Positions 26,292-39,895 of a stretch of 64,000 nucleotides of DNA are shown here, piece by piece. Under the pieces are notes generated by a model that worked only from the letters and a program-made list of their open reading frames with translations, ran no database searches and had not been told where the DNA came from. The stretch comes from Macrostomum lignano. Taxonomy: Eukaryota. Position 1 is the first letter of the stretch; each line of letters opens with the position of its first letter. The stretch lies in contig NIVC01003744.1 in NCBI GenBank assembly GCA_002269645.1, positions 15,262 through 79,261 on the forward strand, written 5' to 3'. The position numbers were made by a program, and so were the translations under genes.

Positions 26292-29200
26292 ATAACCAAC
26301 TGGACGCGAGTACTCTGTACAATTTCCTTGCGGAAATCAACTATGGAGTCCAGAGACTGGGGCGAGAGAGCGAGCGAAGCTGCGATCGGACTGTGCGGGA
26401 GATGCCCCGGGGATGCAGACTCACAGACAGGCAAAATGAAAGACTTGCGGGCAAGATGACGGTGATCTCCTGGTGCCAGTTCTCGCTCTCTCTCACTCGC
26501 ACTCTCACTCTCTCTGTGTTTCACTGTATTCAATTGGCCATGTTCGACTCCAGCTTGACGACTTAATGACAAAATAAAATAAGAAGAGGCTGAATCAAGG
26601 AGAGGAGGGTGCAGAAGCAGCTTTGACAAAGTGAGATCGCTCGGCGTCTGCGTTCCCGCTCCCTTCCCTGGCAGTGAAGAATCGCCTGCAGGGGCTGCGG
26701 GCTTCTCTTTTTAAGGCAAACTCGCTGGCCAATGGCCCGGCAGCAACCCCTCCGCGGCCTTCGCCCCCTGCCGCTGCCGCAGCCACCCTCCGCCTCAAGT
26801 CAGCTGATTCGGGGCTCTCACTGGGTGAACAGCTGATTGCCGACCGTAGTTGCCATGACAACGGCATTGAGCGAGTAACTTTTAGCTCGGGTACTTGCAG
26901 GGCAGAGATTTCACCCTGAGCCTTCTTGCTTTTCTGTCCCTCCGGCCTTGCCAGCACTGTACTGGCAAGTTGAACAAATGTACACAGTTGCTGAGTGCGC
27001 ATTGCCGTACACGCACTTCTGTACGCGCGGCCACTGCTTGGTTAAGGGTGGCCTTGAAATAGAATTCAGCGAAGGAAATCGCAGAGAGTGAAGAGTATTC
27101 AAGGCGCAATGCAAGTCTCTCACCCCGCTATTCTGGCCTCGCGATTCCTCCCACTGCTTCACTGCTGCCTCACGCACCCTGCATGAAAATCAAGTGCGCC
27201 CCCCTCGCCCCTCTTTCCCCGTTCCGTCCGACTCTCTTCCCCCTCGCGCAAACCCAAGTTCACAACATGGGGTGATCCTCAGCCTCCCTGCTCCCGCCCT
27301 GCCGCTAGGGAGACGGAACTAATGGGGGAGAGAGAATTTGGGGTACTGAATGAATGAAAGGCAGCGAGCGAGAGCGAGGCGGCTCTTCGGGGATTCTGCC
27401 CGGGTTGGCCAGGGCGAACAACTGAACTGGCGTACTCGCGTCCCGGGTTTGAACTTGGCCTTCCCTGCCTGCAGCGCAGCCTTGCCGCAGCCTTCCGCTT
27501 CCTCGCTCCCAATCTGCCTGAATTCTTTCTGGCTGCCTGCCTCTTCCTCTTATAGAGAGGGGCCTGTGGGAGCGCTTTTTCCCATTATTCCCCAGCTTTC
27601 CCCCTCTAAACACTTCTGTACTCGGTCCACTCAGTTCGTGCACTTTTCCAACACCGACAGCAGCTTGAGTGGAGCAGCACGGCTGAGGTGGCCCGCTATG
27701 GAATGGTCGGCTTGCGTGACAGGCCTCGGAGCTGGGTGGGGAGGGAGAGAGTGGCAGGGCACAGGGTGGTCTTCACGCGACCGAGGGCTGAGAGGCTTGC
27801 AGCGCAGCGTTTTGCTTTCTAAGGCCAGCTTGAAGAGAAACGGAGCCTTGTGTGACGCGCGCACAGAGCTCACTTGTTGTATTTCACTCGCTTAACACAA
27901 AATGCAAACCAGGGCAGTCAGCATAGCTGAGAGACCTGCGCGCACGAAGAGAGAATTTAAGGGTCAGACACTCGAATACAGATGCGTGCACTTTTCAAGT
28001 GGCGGCTTCAGGAAAAGAGATAGGGGCCTGGCCAGGCAAGATAGCTGGCTGGCTGGCTGACAAGCCCAGCAAGCCGAGCCCAAGGGTTTGTGGTTGTGGC
28101 ATTCCATTCTGCCTGCGCGGCCAGCATCTCTCTAACCTTGCAGCGATCGGCTGGCCATTGTTCAGAGGATAGGCGGGCAGAAACAGGAAAGGCTGACAGA
28201 AACAGGCGGCCATTTTTGGGAGTTGAGGGCAGAATTGGACACTGCACTGGCGGCTCTCAGCAACTCCGCTTTGTTTACAGCATAGAGAGAGAGGGCTGGC
28301 ATGGAGCGTCCAACTGAGCTGCCCCTGCAGTACCTGCGTGCGCACTCGCCCTACTCGCACTGCTCCATGCAGTTCCTTCTCTCTTTCTCTGCTTGTCAAG
28401 GAACGGGCTGGGAGAGCCTCAGTTCAGTGGGTGTGGCAAACGAGAGGCCACTTGGGCGCAGTTTACCCTGCAGGGTGGGTTTCCTGGGGCTAAATTTGAG
28501 CCGGCACTCGTACAACTGCGTGAGTGAAGTCAATGCAAAATGTCGGCAGTAGAGAAATTGGATCGATAAAGCAGTGAGTGCCCTCAGTGCATTGTTCTCA
28601 ACCTCGGGTTAGGAATGGAAAACAACAGGAATTTTCTTCGCTAAAAGTACATTTTCTTAGGAGAAACAAACCGCTGGCTCAAGCACGGCTAGGAAATTTG
28701 CTAGCAAAAATAGTTTCTAGCGAACTCTAATTATCGCTGGCCCACGCGGCGGTGCCATGCTAGGGTGGGGCAAACTGAGCTGCTCACTGCTGCTCAGGGG
28801 ACGAAGTTGCTCAGCTGCCTCAAAGCTAATATTTTCTCGGTCGCCTTTCTCACTTCCTCCTTAGGCAACTTGGATAACTTGAATCTTTGCCTGTCTTTTA
28901 TTTTCTCGATTCTCTCTTCGCCTCGCTTCCTTGGGGCTTCGTCAGAGAGAAGCGCATGCAGTGCACTTCCCTTCCTAGCCCCCGAGTGCCTGCCTCCCCC
29001 GCTGGGATTAGGCAGATAAGATTAATGAGGTTTCTTTCTTCCCTCACCCTTTGCGTGTTGACGACCCAAGCGGGTGGGGGCCGACGGGAAACGGTTGACT
29101 GACTGCTCCCGACTGGCCGGCCATTGTCAGGAGTTGGGGGAGTCAGACGGACAGTCAGACAGGCAGCTGCTGCTGCAAAGGCGATGGAAAATCCAGGCTG

Positions 29201-30847
29201 GCACGCAGTGGGTTCAAACTTTCTACATGCATTTTTTCAGGCTGGGGGAAAAACAAGTTTTTCTTCCTTTACCCGTCAGGCGCGACTGAACGCAGAGGGG
29301 CCCTCTTGGTCCGCTAGGATCCCGCAATGGCAATGCAGGCAGAGTGCGGCCCGATTTCAGTACAATTCCCAAATACTTTTCTCTTCCTAAATATGGGCTG
29401 GCAAAGCCGTGAGTGAGCGAGCGTGCAGAGGCGGCTGGAATCCGAACTGGGTGGGCGGAACCCGCGCTTTTTGGTAGCATGCACGGTTTATCTGGATTAG
29501 ACCGCAGCTACAGATTAAGGGGCACTGTAGTTGGGCTGGCACGGGTGCAAGTCAGGAATGCGAAAGCAAGGAGGTCGCGGTGGTCGGTTAGCATCGATTT
29601 TCGGGTAATTGCCTTTTCCATAGTAGCAAATGGTGCTGCTTATCTGAACAAAGTGTAAATATCAATTAGTTCCACATTGACTGAGGAAAAGGGTATTGAG
29701 CTTCGATAGGTTGAGTCGGATTATCCAGATTATTGCTTTTGTGGGAAAATAGTCAGTGACAGGGAAGCGAGTGGGGTGCTCAAGAGAGGCCCGCAGCGGA
29801 CTCGAGGGCAAAGGTGTGCCTCAGTTCTCGCTTCTTCTGGCTGATCCACAAGCCAGCTGAGCAGAAACTGCATTAGGATGAAATTAACGCAAGTCTGCCT
29901 GGTTCTTAGCAAACCGAGAATCAAATTAGAGCCATCCACTGGAACTGATTTCATTAGGACGGCTTCTAGGCAGGCAGACTCCTTCCGGATATTCAGTCTG
30001 GGCCAAGCATCGAGAGGCTGCCGATGTATTTGCGGCCTGGAACACAGGATTATAAATAAAAGATGAAGAATTGACAACAACAGGAAATTGAGAAATTCGA
30101 TCGAGCAGATTCTGTTTCAGGGTCTCAAAAGGAATTATGCTTGCTGAAAAAACGGGATGACAGGTGACGGGATGACATGCTGGGTGAGCAGCGGCCCTCA
30201 CTTCCTCATCACATGCACACAACATCGAGTTGCAGGAATGCAAGCGGCTTCAATGGCTTGCATGAAAAGATGCGACTGATAATTCCCAATGAGAGTCGGC
30301 TGTGATCAGTTTGCATCGCATCTGAGCTCTCGACCCCCCCCCTCAGATGATTGACGTCCACCTGCAGGTAATTGACAGCAAAGCTTGGATTAAGCTGAGA
30401 TGCTGGCTCCCCGCCACCGGCCATCCGTGCTGCCTTCATCCAACTGATTCCTTCTTAATCCCTTTTTACTTGCTTAGCTGCCCTCTAAACGCCCTCAACG
30501 CCCTCAAAGCCCTCAACAGTCCGTCACCTGTGCCGCTTCCGATAGATGCAAATTTTCTCCGAATCAATGCGAAATTGCTGGTGGCGTCCTTGCGTTCGCC
30601 TGGCCTGGCTCTTCTTTGCGTTTGTTTGCTTTTAGGCCCCAATCAGCGCCCTAAAATGACATTTCTGTGTCCCAAAGAAAGAAAAACTTGATTGAGCTAT
30701 TGCGAAAAAACCTTAATTTGGCTCTGAGCTTGTAAGCCATTTTTGAGAAGCCTCTTGAGCCCAATCTCATATTCTGGTCTCTCGGATAATTCTTGCTGGT
30801 GACTGAACTTCAGCTGGCATCCGCTTCCTCCCGGGTGATCTGGCTGA

Positions 30848-31144
<297 letters not shown>

Positions 31145-31845
31145 CATTGTTATATTTATTTATTTTTAAAACTTCAAACCGAAACGATAAAAATACTTTG
31201 AAAGACAACAAAGACCCAAAGCAGAAGAAGCTGCTGCTAGTAGCAGAGTTTTGGCATAGGACACAGCTGTTTTACGAGCTACATGCAAAAGTAACGTTAG
31301 TCAGACTGAAAACATGGCAGCGAACTGTACTGAATACTAGCAGGTGAGGCGGGGCAGGGAATACTCGTACTCTACATCTAGATGAAGAAGCGAGTCTGGA
31401 CTGAGCTGGGCCAGCTGCTCTTTTAGAGACCTCTTCAGCTGCTTGAAAAGAAGGCTTGCCATGCGTTTGGTTTTTCTATTTATAAAGTCTTCTAAATAAC
31501 AAAGCGGGGACCGCAGGGGCAGAGAGTAGCGCCAGAGTCGAAACCACAGGGCAGTCCGTGAGCGCAGCCAAGGAGAGATAAGAGTTGCGTCTTTGCTTGA
31601 CTTTTTTGCGCAGTCGGACCGCCACTCTCTGTGTGTTTGGCCGGTGAAGTTGAGGCGCAAGCGAAGGAAGTGGCGCAGCAAGGCTACTTTCAAGTCTATT
31701 TAACAGCACGCAACCTGTCCGTGTTACTTGTAGTAGTGCGTATGTGCATGAAAGCTAACATATTTGGTAGAGAATGTTTGTTTGAACGAGCGGAGCGCTT
31801 CTTTCTTTAGTTCTTAACTTTGCCCAAGCGATCCGTGGCTTCCCT

Positions 31846-32623
31846 TCTTCTTATTATTATTCTTCTTATTCTTCTTCTTCTTCTTCTTCTTCTTCTTCTT
31901 CTTCTTCTTCTTCGGGCGCGCTCGGGCCAGGGCCCATGGCACCGGCGTCAGACGGCGCCCGCCTTCCCGAGGAAGTTCAACACCGCGACGCAGTTCTCGA
32001 AAACTGCCGCGGGCTCCGGGCTTGGTCCCCAGAGGCGGCAGCGGTGTGGAGTCAGGGCGGGGCAGGAGATCAGCAGATGGGCCGCCGTCTCCTTTCCATC
32101 GCCACAGAAGCGGCAGGTGGGGGCCACGTCAACGCCGATGGCGGCCTGGAAGCCCCGCAGGGCCGGGCAGCGGTCGGCGCGCAGCTGGCAGATCAGCCGC
32201 TCCTGCCGCCGCGTGAGGTCATTCGTCGGCGGAGGCGGCAGGCGGCCCGCCGTGCAGGCAAGGTGCCAGACCAGCGAGCTCGTGCTCGCCGCCTCGGTGG
32301 CCGCCGCGTTGTAGGTCTGGTGCCAGCGGGCGAGGCAGTGGCGGCGGACGGCAGCCTGCGCGGCAGCCAACGGCACGGGCGCGGTGCCTTGCGCCAGCGT
32401 GGAGCCTCGCTTGACGATCTCGTCCACGGCCTCGTTGCCGGGGATTCCCGCGTGGCCAGGCACCCACTGCAGGTGGACCGAGGTTTTCCGGGCCGCGAGG
32501 TCGGCGAGGCTGGCCCAGACGGCGTCGATCATGGTGGCGCCCGTCGACCCAGGGCCGGACGCGAGCGCGCTGAGCGCGCTCAGGGAGTCAGAGCAGATGC
32601 GGACCGGCGACAGCTCTGCCGGG
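31846..32623 (-). mobile_element. 5'-truncated non-LTR retrotransposon (RNase H-bearing, I/Nimb/Ingi-like group) with (GAA)n tail
   Basis: ORF end has non-LTR RNase H motifs (ICSDSLSAL, LQWVPGHAGIPGNEAVD) and a CCHC knuckle (CRFCGDGKETAAHLLISCP). (TTC)n tail at 31846-31912. 14-bp TSD TCCGTGGCTTCCCT at 31832-31845 and 32624-32637. Confidence 0.93.
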
Positions 32624-32904
32624 TCCGTGGCTTCCCTCGGTGCATGTAACAATTGGCCTTCAATCACGTTTGCACGGGTAGGTAGGTCATAGTGACTGCT
32701 CAGGTGAGCGGGTCAGTTGCCGGTGTGACAGGCTTTTTCAAAAAGAAGTAGAGCAGCAATGAGAAGGCGTTGAAGAGGATAACGAAGGCGGAAGAAAAGA
32801 TGCAGATGGGTGCATGGCGGAGAAGGTTGCAGAGGAGGCAAGAGAATAGGCTCACTGTGACGTTCTTCACGTGTCCAAGAGTGAGGTATTCAAGAGCTAT
32901 TTTT

Positions 32905-33470
32905 GAGTGTGACAAATTCGAGAGTGACTTATTCGAGAGTGACATATTCGAGAGTGACATATGCGAGAGTAACTTATTCGTGAGTGACATATTCGAAAGT
33001 GATATTTTCAAGAGTGTTGATTTTTTCGAAAGTGACATATTCGAGAGTGATATATTCGAGAGTGACATATTCGAGAGTGACATATTCGAGAGTGATATAT
33101 TCGAGAGTGACATATTCGAGAGTGACATATTCGAGAGTGATATATTCGAGAGTGACATATTCGAGAGTGACATATTCGAGAGTGACATATTCGAGAGTGA
33201 CATATTCGAGAGTGACATATTCGAGAGTGACATATTCGAGAGTGACATATTCGAGAGTGACATATTCGAGAGTGACATATTCGAGAGTGACATATTCGAG
33301 AGTGACATATTCGAGAGTGACATATTCGAGAGTGACATATTCGAGAGTGACATATTCGAGAGTGACATATTCGAGAGTGACATATTCGAGAGTGACATAT
33401 TCGAGAGTGACATATTCGAGAGTGACATATTCGAGAGTGACATATTCGAAAGTGACATATTCGAGAGTGA
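32905..33470. repeat. 15-bp minisatellite (GAGAGTGACATATTC), about 37 copies
   Basis: Tandem repeat; source of the ESDIF / YSRVT / SLSNM ORFs. Confidence 0.97.
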
Positions 33471-33690
33471 GACAATCAGTCGCCTCATGCACTCCCAGTT
33501 GCCAATTTTTTGCCGCGTGTGCGAGCAAGTTGCCCAGGCGTTATAGATTAAAATAACGCACTAAATTTGTCTGTGGCCCAACCCGCTCGCCCTGGTCATG
33601 CGAGCTGAAGTGAAGCGCTGGCTCGCTGTGCTCAGTCCGGCGAACTCAAATCCCAGCACTCTAAAAGTACAACAGCAATCAACCAGCAAC

Positions 33691-34011
33691 ATGCCCAGCT
33701 GCTACGAAGGAATCTTGAAACGCATCCGCAGGCGCTTTGTGCCCAAACGCTACCGCTCGGATCAGGAGCAGAAGCAGGAGCAGAAGCAGAAGCAGGAGCA
33801 GAAGCAGGAGCAGAAGCAGGAGCAGAAGCAGGAGCAGAAGCAGGAGCAGGAAGCACCGAAGGAGAAACGTGAGGACGCCATTTTCGATGAGTTTCTGCGG
33901 CTTCAATTTGAAGTCCAGAGAAACTTCGAAGAACAGTTTAGGTGGCGGATGATGGCGGCCTGCGGAGCGCTCCCGTCGGTCGACAGTTACTTCTCCTTTG
34001 AGGAGTGGTGA
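33691..34011 (+). CDS. Candidate orphan ORF (106 aa) with 12-bp-coded (EQKQ)n repeat
   Basis: ATG at 33691, open to TGA at 34011; AATAAA at 34129 followed by an A-rich tract to about 34200. No recognisable domain. Confidence 0.3.
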   Translation: MPSCYEGILKRIRRRFVPKRYRSDQEQKQEQKQKQEQKQEQKQEQKQEQKQEQEAPKEKREDAIFDEFLRLQFEVQRNFEEQFRWRMMAACGALPSVDSYFSFEEW

Positions 34012-34479
34012 TTGCGGATTCCCGGTGAGCGAGGTGGCATTTTGCAAGGGCGTAGGCTAGGACTTCTTGATTGTGGCTGCAATTCGAGAGTTCAATTCTT
34101 CAAAAAAATCCTAAAAGCGCAAAAAAGCAATAAAACAAAAGCAAAAAAACAAAAAAACAAAAAAGCAAAAAAAACAAAAAAACAAAAAAACAAAAAAAAA
34201 CAATCACTTCTTTTCAATCACTAAAAATCAGACACTAAATGATTCCAATGATCCATAACAAATTACTCCAATTTTATTTCTGATTGATCATCTATTTAAT
34301 CAAAAATTCGATTCATTAATAACCCCCAACCCAGATTCCACCCTGCCCCTCGCTCCTCAATAAATCCCCAAACCCCACACCGCCCCGCCCCCCTCGCCCC
34401 CCCCGAAATTCGCCGCCCGCAGGTGCAGGTGGTACACCGGCGGCAGCGCAACGACTGGAATTCTCATTCACTCAAACTT

Positions 34480-36135
34480 TGCATTCATTTATTTACTCTT
34501 TAACATTTTCTCTAATCTCTTCTCCCCCTCCATTTCTAATATCTTTCCCGACATTCCCATCCCACTCTCCAGATCTCTTCTAATCCTTCTCTATCAACCC
34601 TAAAATAATTCCTCTTCTACTCTCCATCTCCCATTTATAACAAAATAACCAGTTTAAAATACACCTGTTCCCTCAATTTACTCTTTAATTTTTCTCTAAT
34701 CTCTTATTTCGCTACTCTTCCCTACAATCACGATTCTTTGCCATGGACAAGAATCGCGATAGTAAAGAAGAGTAGTGGGTCAAACCTGAAGGAGTTGGAA
34801 AGAGTTTGGCTGGCTCTTTTCAACTTCAGACAGGTTTCCCAAACTCTCTTTATATTAAAAAAATAAATTCTTCATTCCCATTATTTTCCATTCCCGCTAA
34901 ATTAATTGACCAATTCCAATCACTCACTCCCGTTATTCCCATCCCCCTCCCCGGATCTCTTCCAATCCTTCTTTATCAACCCTTAGATAACATAACATTA
35001 TCTGCTAATCTCCTTCTCCCATTTATAACAATCTACTAACCTGTTACAAATGCACCTGCTCCCTAATTTTACTCTAATTTTTTCATTAATAACTTCTCCC
35101 GCTTCTTTTTCTGCTACCTTTCTCAACATTACCATCCCACTCCCCGGAACTTTTTCAATTCTAACAAAATTTATCCCCTCCTCTCAATCTCCCATTTATA
35201 ACAAACAAACCCTGTTACAAATACACCTGCTCCCTCAATTTACTATTTAATTTTTCCGTAATCCCTTCTTTCGCTACTCTTCCCTACAATCACGATTCTT
35301 TGCCAAGAATCGGGATGGTGAGGAGGAGTAGCGGGTCAAACCTGAGGGAGTTGGAAAGAGTTTGGCTAGCTCTTTTCAAATTCAGACAGGTTTCCCAATA
35401 TTAACAATAGAATTTCTTCATCCCCCATTATTTTCCATTCCCACTAAATCACTCCACCCATTCCAATCACTCCCTATCCCGTTATTCCCATCCCACTCCT
35501 CGGATCCCTTCCAATCATTTATCACCCTGACATAATCTCTCTTCCACTCTCCTCTCATTTATAACAAACTAACCCTGTTTCAAGTACACCTGCTCCCTAA
35601 TATACTCTTCAATTTTTCTGTAATCCCTTCCTTTCGACTATTTTTCCGCCATTCCCATCATACTTCCCGGATCCCTTCCGATCCTTCCCTATCAACCCTA
35701 ACATAACATAATATTATTCTAACCTAAATTTACTCTCTCTATATGGTATTAACAAAACAATTTCATCATCCCCCGTTATTTTCGTTTCTTATTAAATTAA
35801 TTCACCATTCCAATTACTCCCTATCCCGCCATTCCCATCTCACTTCCCGGAATTTTCCCCACCCTAACATAATTTCTCTTCTCTTCTCCTCTTTTATCTT
35901 TTACTATTTATCTCCTATTTATAACAAAACAAACCCTGATACAAATACACCTGTTCCCTTATTTTCTCTTTAATTTTTCTTCTTCAACATCTCCAGCTCC
36001 TTTTCTACAATTACATGTATTCCGCCATTCATATCATTCCATTCATATTCCCCGGATCTCTTCCATTTCTCTCTATCTACCCTAAAACCATTTCTCTTCT
36101 ACTCTTAATCTTTTCAATTATTCTGCTCTTTTCTT
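34480..36135. repeat. Pyrimidine-rich, internally duplicated degenerate repeat
   Basis: Block ccctacaatcacgattctttgcc...acaggtttccc occurs at about 34720 and 35280; motif atttataacaaa...aatacacctg recurs about five times. Confidence 0.75.
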
Positions 36136-36142
36136 TGTCCAA

Positions 36143-37340
36143 CCGGCGGCAACAGCGGCATCTGCGGCGGCAACAGCGGCGGCAACAGCGGCGGCAACAG
36201 CGGCGGCAACAGCGGCGGCAACAGCGGCGGCAACAGCGGCGGATACAGCGGCAACAGCGGCAACAGCGGCGGATACAGTGGCAACAGCGGCAACAGCGGC
36301 GGATACAGCGGCAACAGCGGCAACAGCGGCGGCTGCGGCGGCTGCGGCGGCAACAGCGGCGGCAACAGCGGCAACAGCGGCAACAGCGGCGGCAACAGCG
36401 GCAACAGCGGCAACAGCGGCGGCAACAGCGGCGGCAACAGCGGCGGCAACAGCGGCGGCAACAGCGGCGGCAACAGCGGCGGCAACAGCAGCGGCAACAG
36501 CGGCGGCAACAGCGGCGGCAACAGCGGCGGATACAGCGGCAACAGCGGCAACAGCGGCGGCTGCGGCGGCTGCGGCGGCAACAGCGGCGGCAACAGCGGC
36601 AACAGCGGCAACAGCGGCGGCAACAGCGGCAACAGCGGCAACAGCGGCGGCAACAGCGGCGGCAACAGCGGCGGCAACAGCGGCGGCAACAGCGGCGGCA
36701 ACAGCAGCGGCAACAGCGGCGGCAACAGCGGCGGCAACAGCGGCGGCAACAGCGGCGGATACAGCGGCAACAGCGGCAACAGCGGCGGCTGCGGCGGCTG
36801 CGGCGGCAACAGCGGCGGCAACAGCGGCAACAGCGGCGGCAACAGCGGCAACAGCGGCGGATACAGCGGCAACAGCGGCAACAGCGGCGGCTGCGGCGGC
36901 TGCGGCGGCAACAGCGGCGGATACAGCGGCGGATACAGCGGCAACAGCGGCAACAGCGGCGGCTGCGGCGGCTGCGGCGGCAACAGCGGCGGATACAGCG
37001 GCAACAGCGGCAACAGCGGCGGCTGCGGCGGCTGCGGCGGCAACAGCGGCGGCAACAGCGGCAACAGCGGCGGATACAGCGGCAACAGCGGCGGATACAG
37101 CGGCAACAGCGGCAACAGCGGCAACAGCGGCAACAGCGGCAACAGCGGCGGATACAGCGCCGGCTTCGGCGGCAATAGCGGCGGATACAGCGGCGGATAC
37201 AGCGGCGGCTTCGGCGGCAACAGCGGCAACAGCGGCGGCTGCGGCGGCAACAGCGGCGGATACAGCGGCGGCTGCGGCGGACACAGCGGCGGACACAGCG
37301 GTGGATACAGCGGCAACAGCTGCGGCTGCGGCGACAACAA
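36143..37340. repeat. GC-rich triplet-based low-complexity array (GGC/AAC/AGC/TAC) with higher-order blocks
   Basis: Units such as ggcggcaacagc, ggatacagc and ggctgc; stop-free in several frames purely because of composition. Confidence 0.9.
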
Positions 37341-37344
37341 CGGC

Positions 37345-39480
37345 CGCAACACCGACACACTGGTGACAGCAGTGGGGAGGTGGGAGGACCTGTCGGCGGC
37401 GTCGGTGTCATCGGCGTGGTAAGAATCAGTTTGCTCCTCTGTGTCTCCGAGTTTCTGTTTTCACTTCAATTATTCAGCAAGCTCCTGTCTGTGGTTCTAT
37501 CGTCTTATCGAATACAGGCGGCAACTGCAGCGGCGATGGCAGCAGCAGCGGCAAAAGCGGCGGCAACAGCGGCGACGGCGGCAACAGCGGCGACGTCGGC
37601 AACAGCGGCGGCAACACCGACACACTGGTGACAGCAGTGGGGAGGATATTTTTTGGCGGCGTTGGTGTCCTCGGCGTGCAGTGGTAAGAATCAGTTTGCT
37701 CCTTTGTCTCTGATTCTCTCTTTGTACCCCAATTATTCAGCAAGCTCTTTCTGTGGATCTATCGTCTTATCGAATACAGGATGCAATAGCGGCGGCAGTG
37801 GTGGAGGCTACAGCGGCGGCAACACCGACACACTGGTGACAGCAGTGGGGAGGTGGGAGGACCTGTCGGCGGCGTCGATGTCATCGGCGTGGTAAGAATC
37901 AGTTTGCTCCTTTGTGCTCTGATTTTCTGTTTGTAACTTCAATTATTCGGCAAGCTCTGTCACTGACTCAATCGTCTTTTCGAATGCAGGCGGCAACAGC
38001 GGCGGACACAGCGGCGGACACAGCGCGGACACAGCGGCGGACACAGTGGCGGACACAGCGGCGGACACAGCGGCGGACACAGCGGCGGACACAGCGGCGG
38101 CAACAGCTGCGGCAACAGCTGCGGCTGCGGCGGCGGCAACAACGGCCGCAACACCGACACACTGGTGACAGCAGTGGGGAGGTGGGAGGACCTGTCGGCG
38201 GCGTCGGTGTCATCGGCGTGGTAAGAATCAGTTTGCTTCTCTGTGTCTCCGAGTTTCTGTTTTCACTTCAATTATTCAGCAAGCTCTTGTCTGTGGTTCT
38301 ATCGTCTTATCGAATACAGGCGGTAACTGCGGCGGCGATGGCAGCAGCAGCGGCAAAAGCGGCGGCAACAACGGCGGCGGCGGCCAAGGCGGCGGTGGCC
38401 ACAACAGCGGTGGCGGCGGAATCGGCAACAGCGGCGGCAACGGTGGCGGCGGCGGCAACAACGGAAGCGGCACGTGTGGCAAGAGCAAGGAACCGTGGAC
38501 CAGTAGCAGAAGGGAATAAATGAGCTTCAGAAGGATGCGCACAGGCCACTCGATCGAATTGGCGGCCTACAGGAAACGAATAGCGCTCCAAGAAGAAAGC
38601 TTGTGCCGGTGTTGCGGCTTGGAAGTAGATACTATGCAGCATGTGTGGGACTGCCCAGTGACGGAGGAAAGGAGGAGGGCGTGGTGCTGCAGCGGCATTC
38701 GGGCGGTTTGTGAGCAACCGGATGAAGCGCTGAAATACTGGGAATGGTGGAAAGGTCACCAGCCGGTGGGGGTGTCATGGTGGAGGCTCCTAGCCGTAGT
38801 TGACTGGTGGTGGTTGGCATCAACAATAACAACAACAATGGCAGTGGCGGCAACAACGGCGGCAGCGGCAACAACGGCGGCAACACCGACTGACTGGCGA
38901 CAGCAGTGGGGAGGTGGGAGGACCTGTCGGCGGCGTCGGTGTCATTGGCGTGGTAAGAATCCGGTTGCTCTTTTGTGTCTCCGAGTTGATCTTACCACTC
39001 CAACCATTCAGCAAGCTCTTGTCTGCGGCTCTATTGTCTTATCGAATACAGGCGGCGATTGCAGCATCAGTGGCAACAGCGGCGGCGGCGGCAACAGCGG
39101 CGGGGGCGGCAACACTGACAGACTGGTGACAGCAGTGGGGAGGTGGGAGGACCTGTCGGCGGCGTCGGTGTCATTGGCGTGGTAAGAATCCGGTTGCTCT
39201 TTTGTGTCTCCGAGTTGATCTTACCACTCCAACCATTCAGCAAGCTCTTGTCTGCGGCTCTATTGTCTTATCGAATACAGGCGGCGATTGCAGCATCAGT
39301 GGCAACAGCGGCGGCGGCGGCAACAGCGGCGGGGGCGGCAACACTGACAGACTGGTGACAGCAGTGGGGAGGTGGGAGGATCTGTCGGTGGCGTCGGTGT
39401 CATCGGCGTGGTAAGAATCAGTTTGCTTCTTTGTGTCTCTGATTCTCTCTTTGTACCCCAATTATTCAGCAAGCTCTTGC
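37345..39480. repeat. Seven copies of a composite unit of about 230-330 bp (triplet tract + constant GC tail + T-rich segment)
   Basis: gtg|gtaagaatc at 37419, 37684, 37892, 38221, 38953, 39182 and 39411; two adjacent units are an identical 229-bp tandem duplication (identical ORFs 38914 and 39143). Confidence 0.88.
38472..38765 (+). pseudogene. Decayed 3' fragment of a non-LTR retrotransposon ORF2 (RxRTGH + CCHC knuckle)
   Basis: SRRE*MSFRRMRTGHSIELAAYRKRI...CRCCGLEVDTMQHVWDCP...ALKYWEWW, with an in-frame stop upstream. Confidence 0.75.
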
Positions 39481-39895
39481 CTCTGTGGCTCTGTTTGGCT
39501 TCATAGTCCATTAAACTGGTTCGGCGCCTGACGTGACAAAATCAGTGTCTGACTTTTTTAGCCTTCAGCTCTTCACTTAGCTGCAGGACGCATTTCGTGG
39601 ACTTCCTGTGGTTTTGGAAGTCCCCTAGAGAGTCTGCCAGTGTTTTGGGCCCATAGGCCTGGCCCGTTTCATACGTCACTGGCGAGCTGAATACACCTTC
39701 GCGAGCTGGCCGGCAGCTCGGCCCCATAATAGTTTTTCATCTTTTTCATGAGCCGCTACGTTGTATGATTATTTTGATCAGCCAATGACAGAGCGGCACT
39801 GCGACTCTGGTCAAATGCAACCCTACGTGCTCATATTAAGCTTGCCTTCAGATTAAAAAATTTGCGTCTTGCGTCTGCAACATCATCTGAATTCA

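Noticed and set aside
26595-27002. 135-aa minus-strand ORF upstream of cyclin G
   Set aside because: Low-complexity GC-rich sequence, most likely 5' UTR or regulatory; no in-phase link to the cyclin CDS.
32700-33556. Five overlapping ORFs over the 15-bp array
   Set aside because: Minisatellite translations.
36015-37411. Cys/Arg-, Pro/Leu-, Ala- and Gln/Arg-rich ORFs of about 400 aa
   Set aside because: Triplet low-complexity DNA open in most frames; no evidence favouring one frame.
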